From Mobula hypostoma (lineage: Eukaryota): 64,000 bases of DNA. This document shows positions 61,953-64,000 of this stretch, one piece after another. Made by a program: the position numbers and the translations under genes. The DNA lies in assembly GCF_963921235.1 (NCBI RefSeq), contig NC_086108.1, positions 87,360,001 through 87,424,000 of the forward strand, read 5' to 3'. The first letter of the stretch is position 1. Each line of letters begins with the position of its first letter. A model generated the notes under the pieces. It did not search any database, had not been told where the DNA came from, and saw only the letters and a program-made list of their open reading frames with translations.

Positions 61953-64000
61953 ATAAGACATAGGGGCAGAAATAGGCCATTTGGCCCATTGAGTCTGCTC
62001 CGCCATTCAATTATGGCTGATTCTTTTTTCCCCTCCTCAGCCTCACTCCCTGCCCTTCTCCCCATAACCTTTGATGCCATGGCCAAACAAGAACGTATCA
62101 AGCTCTGTCTTAAATACACCCAACAACCTGGCCTCCAGAGCTGCATGTAGTAACAAATTCACCACCCTCTGGCTAAAGAAATTTCTCTGCATCTCTGCTT
62201 TACATGGACGCCCCTGTATCCTGAAATTGTGATCTTTTGTCCTAAACTCCCCCACCATGGGAAACATCCTTTCCACATCTACCCTGTCTAAGCCTTTCAA
62301 CATTCAAAAGGTTTCAATAAAATCCCCCCTCATCCTTCTAAGTCCCAGCGAGTTCAGACCCAGAGCCATCAAACATTCCTTGTATGGTAACCCTTTCATT
62401 CCCGGAATCATCCTTGTGAAAGTCCTCAGAACCCTCTCCAATGCCAGCACATCTTTTCTTAGATGAGGGGCTATTCACAATACTCGAGGTCAGACCTCAC
62501 CAGTATGCTAAAGCCTCAGTATTGCACCCCTGTTCTTGTAGTCTAGACCTCTTGAAATGGGTGCCAACACTGCATTTGCCTTCCTCACCACCGACACGAC
62601 CTGCAAGTTAACCTTTAGGGTTGTTCCGCACAAGGACTCCCAAGTCCCTTCACACCTCAGATTTCTGGATTTGCTCCCCATTTAGAAAATAGTCCACACA
62701 TTTATTTCTACTATCAAAGGGTATGACCATGCCTTTTTCAACATTGTATTTTCATTTGCCAATTTCTTGCCCATTCTCCTAACCTGTCTCAATCATTCTA
62801 CAGTTTTTTCAGAATCAGAATCAGGTTTATTATCACTGGCATGTGATGTTAGCTTCAACAGCATTAAAAGAATCGGCCCCAACACCTACTCCGGAGGTAC
62901 ACCACTAATCACTGGCAGCTAACCAGAGCAGCATCCTCCCACCAATCAGCCAATTCTCTAACCATGATAGTAAATTCCCAGTAATATTATGGGCTCTTAA
63001 GCAGCCTCATGTGTGGCACCTTGTCAAAGGCTGTCTGAAAGTCCAAATATACAACATCCACTGCATCCCATTTATCTATCCTACCTGTAATCTCCTCAAA
63101 GAATTCCAACAGATTCATCAAGTAAGATCTTCCCTTAAGGAAACTATGGTGACTTTGTCCTATCTTGTCCTGTGTCACCAAGTACTCCATAACCTCATAC
63201 TTAACAATTGATCCCAACATCTTCCCAACCACTGAGGTCAGGCTAACTGCTCTATAATTTCCTTTTTTGAAAAGTGGTGTAACATTTGCAATTTTCCAGT
63301 CCGCCAGCATCGTGTCAGAGTCCAATGGTTTTTGAAAGATTATTTCTAATGGCTCCACAATCTCTACCGCTACCTCTTTCAGAACCCTCAGGTGCAGTTT
63401 ATCTGGTCCAGGTAACTTATGTATCCTTTGCTCTTTCAGTTTTTTGAGCATCTTATCTCTTGTAATATTAACTGCACTCACTTCTCTTCCTTCACACCCC
63501 TCAATATTTGGCAAACTTCTAGTGTCTTCCACAGTGAACTGCCATCTCTTTGTTCAACTGCCATCTCCTTGTCACCTGTTATTATTTCTCTGCCCTAATT
63601 TTCTAGCTGTCCTATATCCACTCTCATCTTTCATATTTCATCTTTTTCCTCCAAATGATTCTTGTAGTTGCTCTCTGTAGGTTTTTAGAAGCTTCCCAAA
63701 CCTCTATTTTCCCGCTAATTTTTGCTTTGTTGCATGTCCTCTCTTTTGCTTTTATCTTAGCTTTGACTTCCCTTGTCAGGCATGGTTTATAATAATTTGC
63801 CATTTGAGTATTTCTTCATTTTTGGAATACATCTATCCTGCACCTTCCTCATTTTTCCCAGAAACTCACACCATTGCTGCTCTGCTGTCATCCCTGTCAG
63901 CATCTCCTTCCAATTTACTTTCACCAGCTCCTCTTTCATAACACTGTAATTTCCTTTACTCCACTGAAATACTGCTACATCAGACTTTACTTTCTCCCTA
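61953..64000 (-). mobile_element. Degenerate CR1 ORF2, same subfamily as 49495-51305; runs off the window end
   Basis: ORFs 62043-62303 and 62987-63532 (NYRAVSLTS, YLDFQTAFDKVPH); TAAGACATAGG tail. Confidence 0.9.

Noticed and set aside
1..64000. CRISPR array, retron or DGR-type prokaryotic RT system
   Set aside because: No regularly spaced repeat-spacer array or operon structure; all RTs carry eukaryotic non-LTR or Penelope motifs

Overview
This is eukaryotic, transposon-dominated DNA. The repeat set (CR1 with SGNH-esterase ORF1 and (TTTCTATG)n tails, Rex1/Babar, RTE, Penelope, HERO, V-SINE/tRNA SINEs, a mariner MITE) points to a cartilaginous fish; that is an inference. Almost all long ORFs are LINE endonuclease/reverse-transcriptase remnants. 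No known host gene could be identified, only a few weak minus-strand exon candidates, one encoding a hydrophobic segment. The most notable structures are a 2.5-kb tail-to-tail CR1 inverted repeat, multi-layer nested insertions with readable target-site duplications (TSDs), a mariner MITE whose terminal inverted repeats (TIRs) bracket a 3-kb tail-less CR1 segment, an RT-less HERO derivative, Penelope hammerhead-ribozyme motifs, and pseudoknotted RTE 5' ends. I found no firm evidence of an entirely new system. Family assignments come from motif recognition rather than database searches, and boundaries of degenerate elements are approximate.
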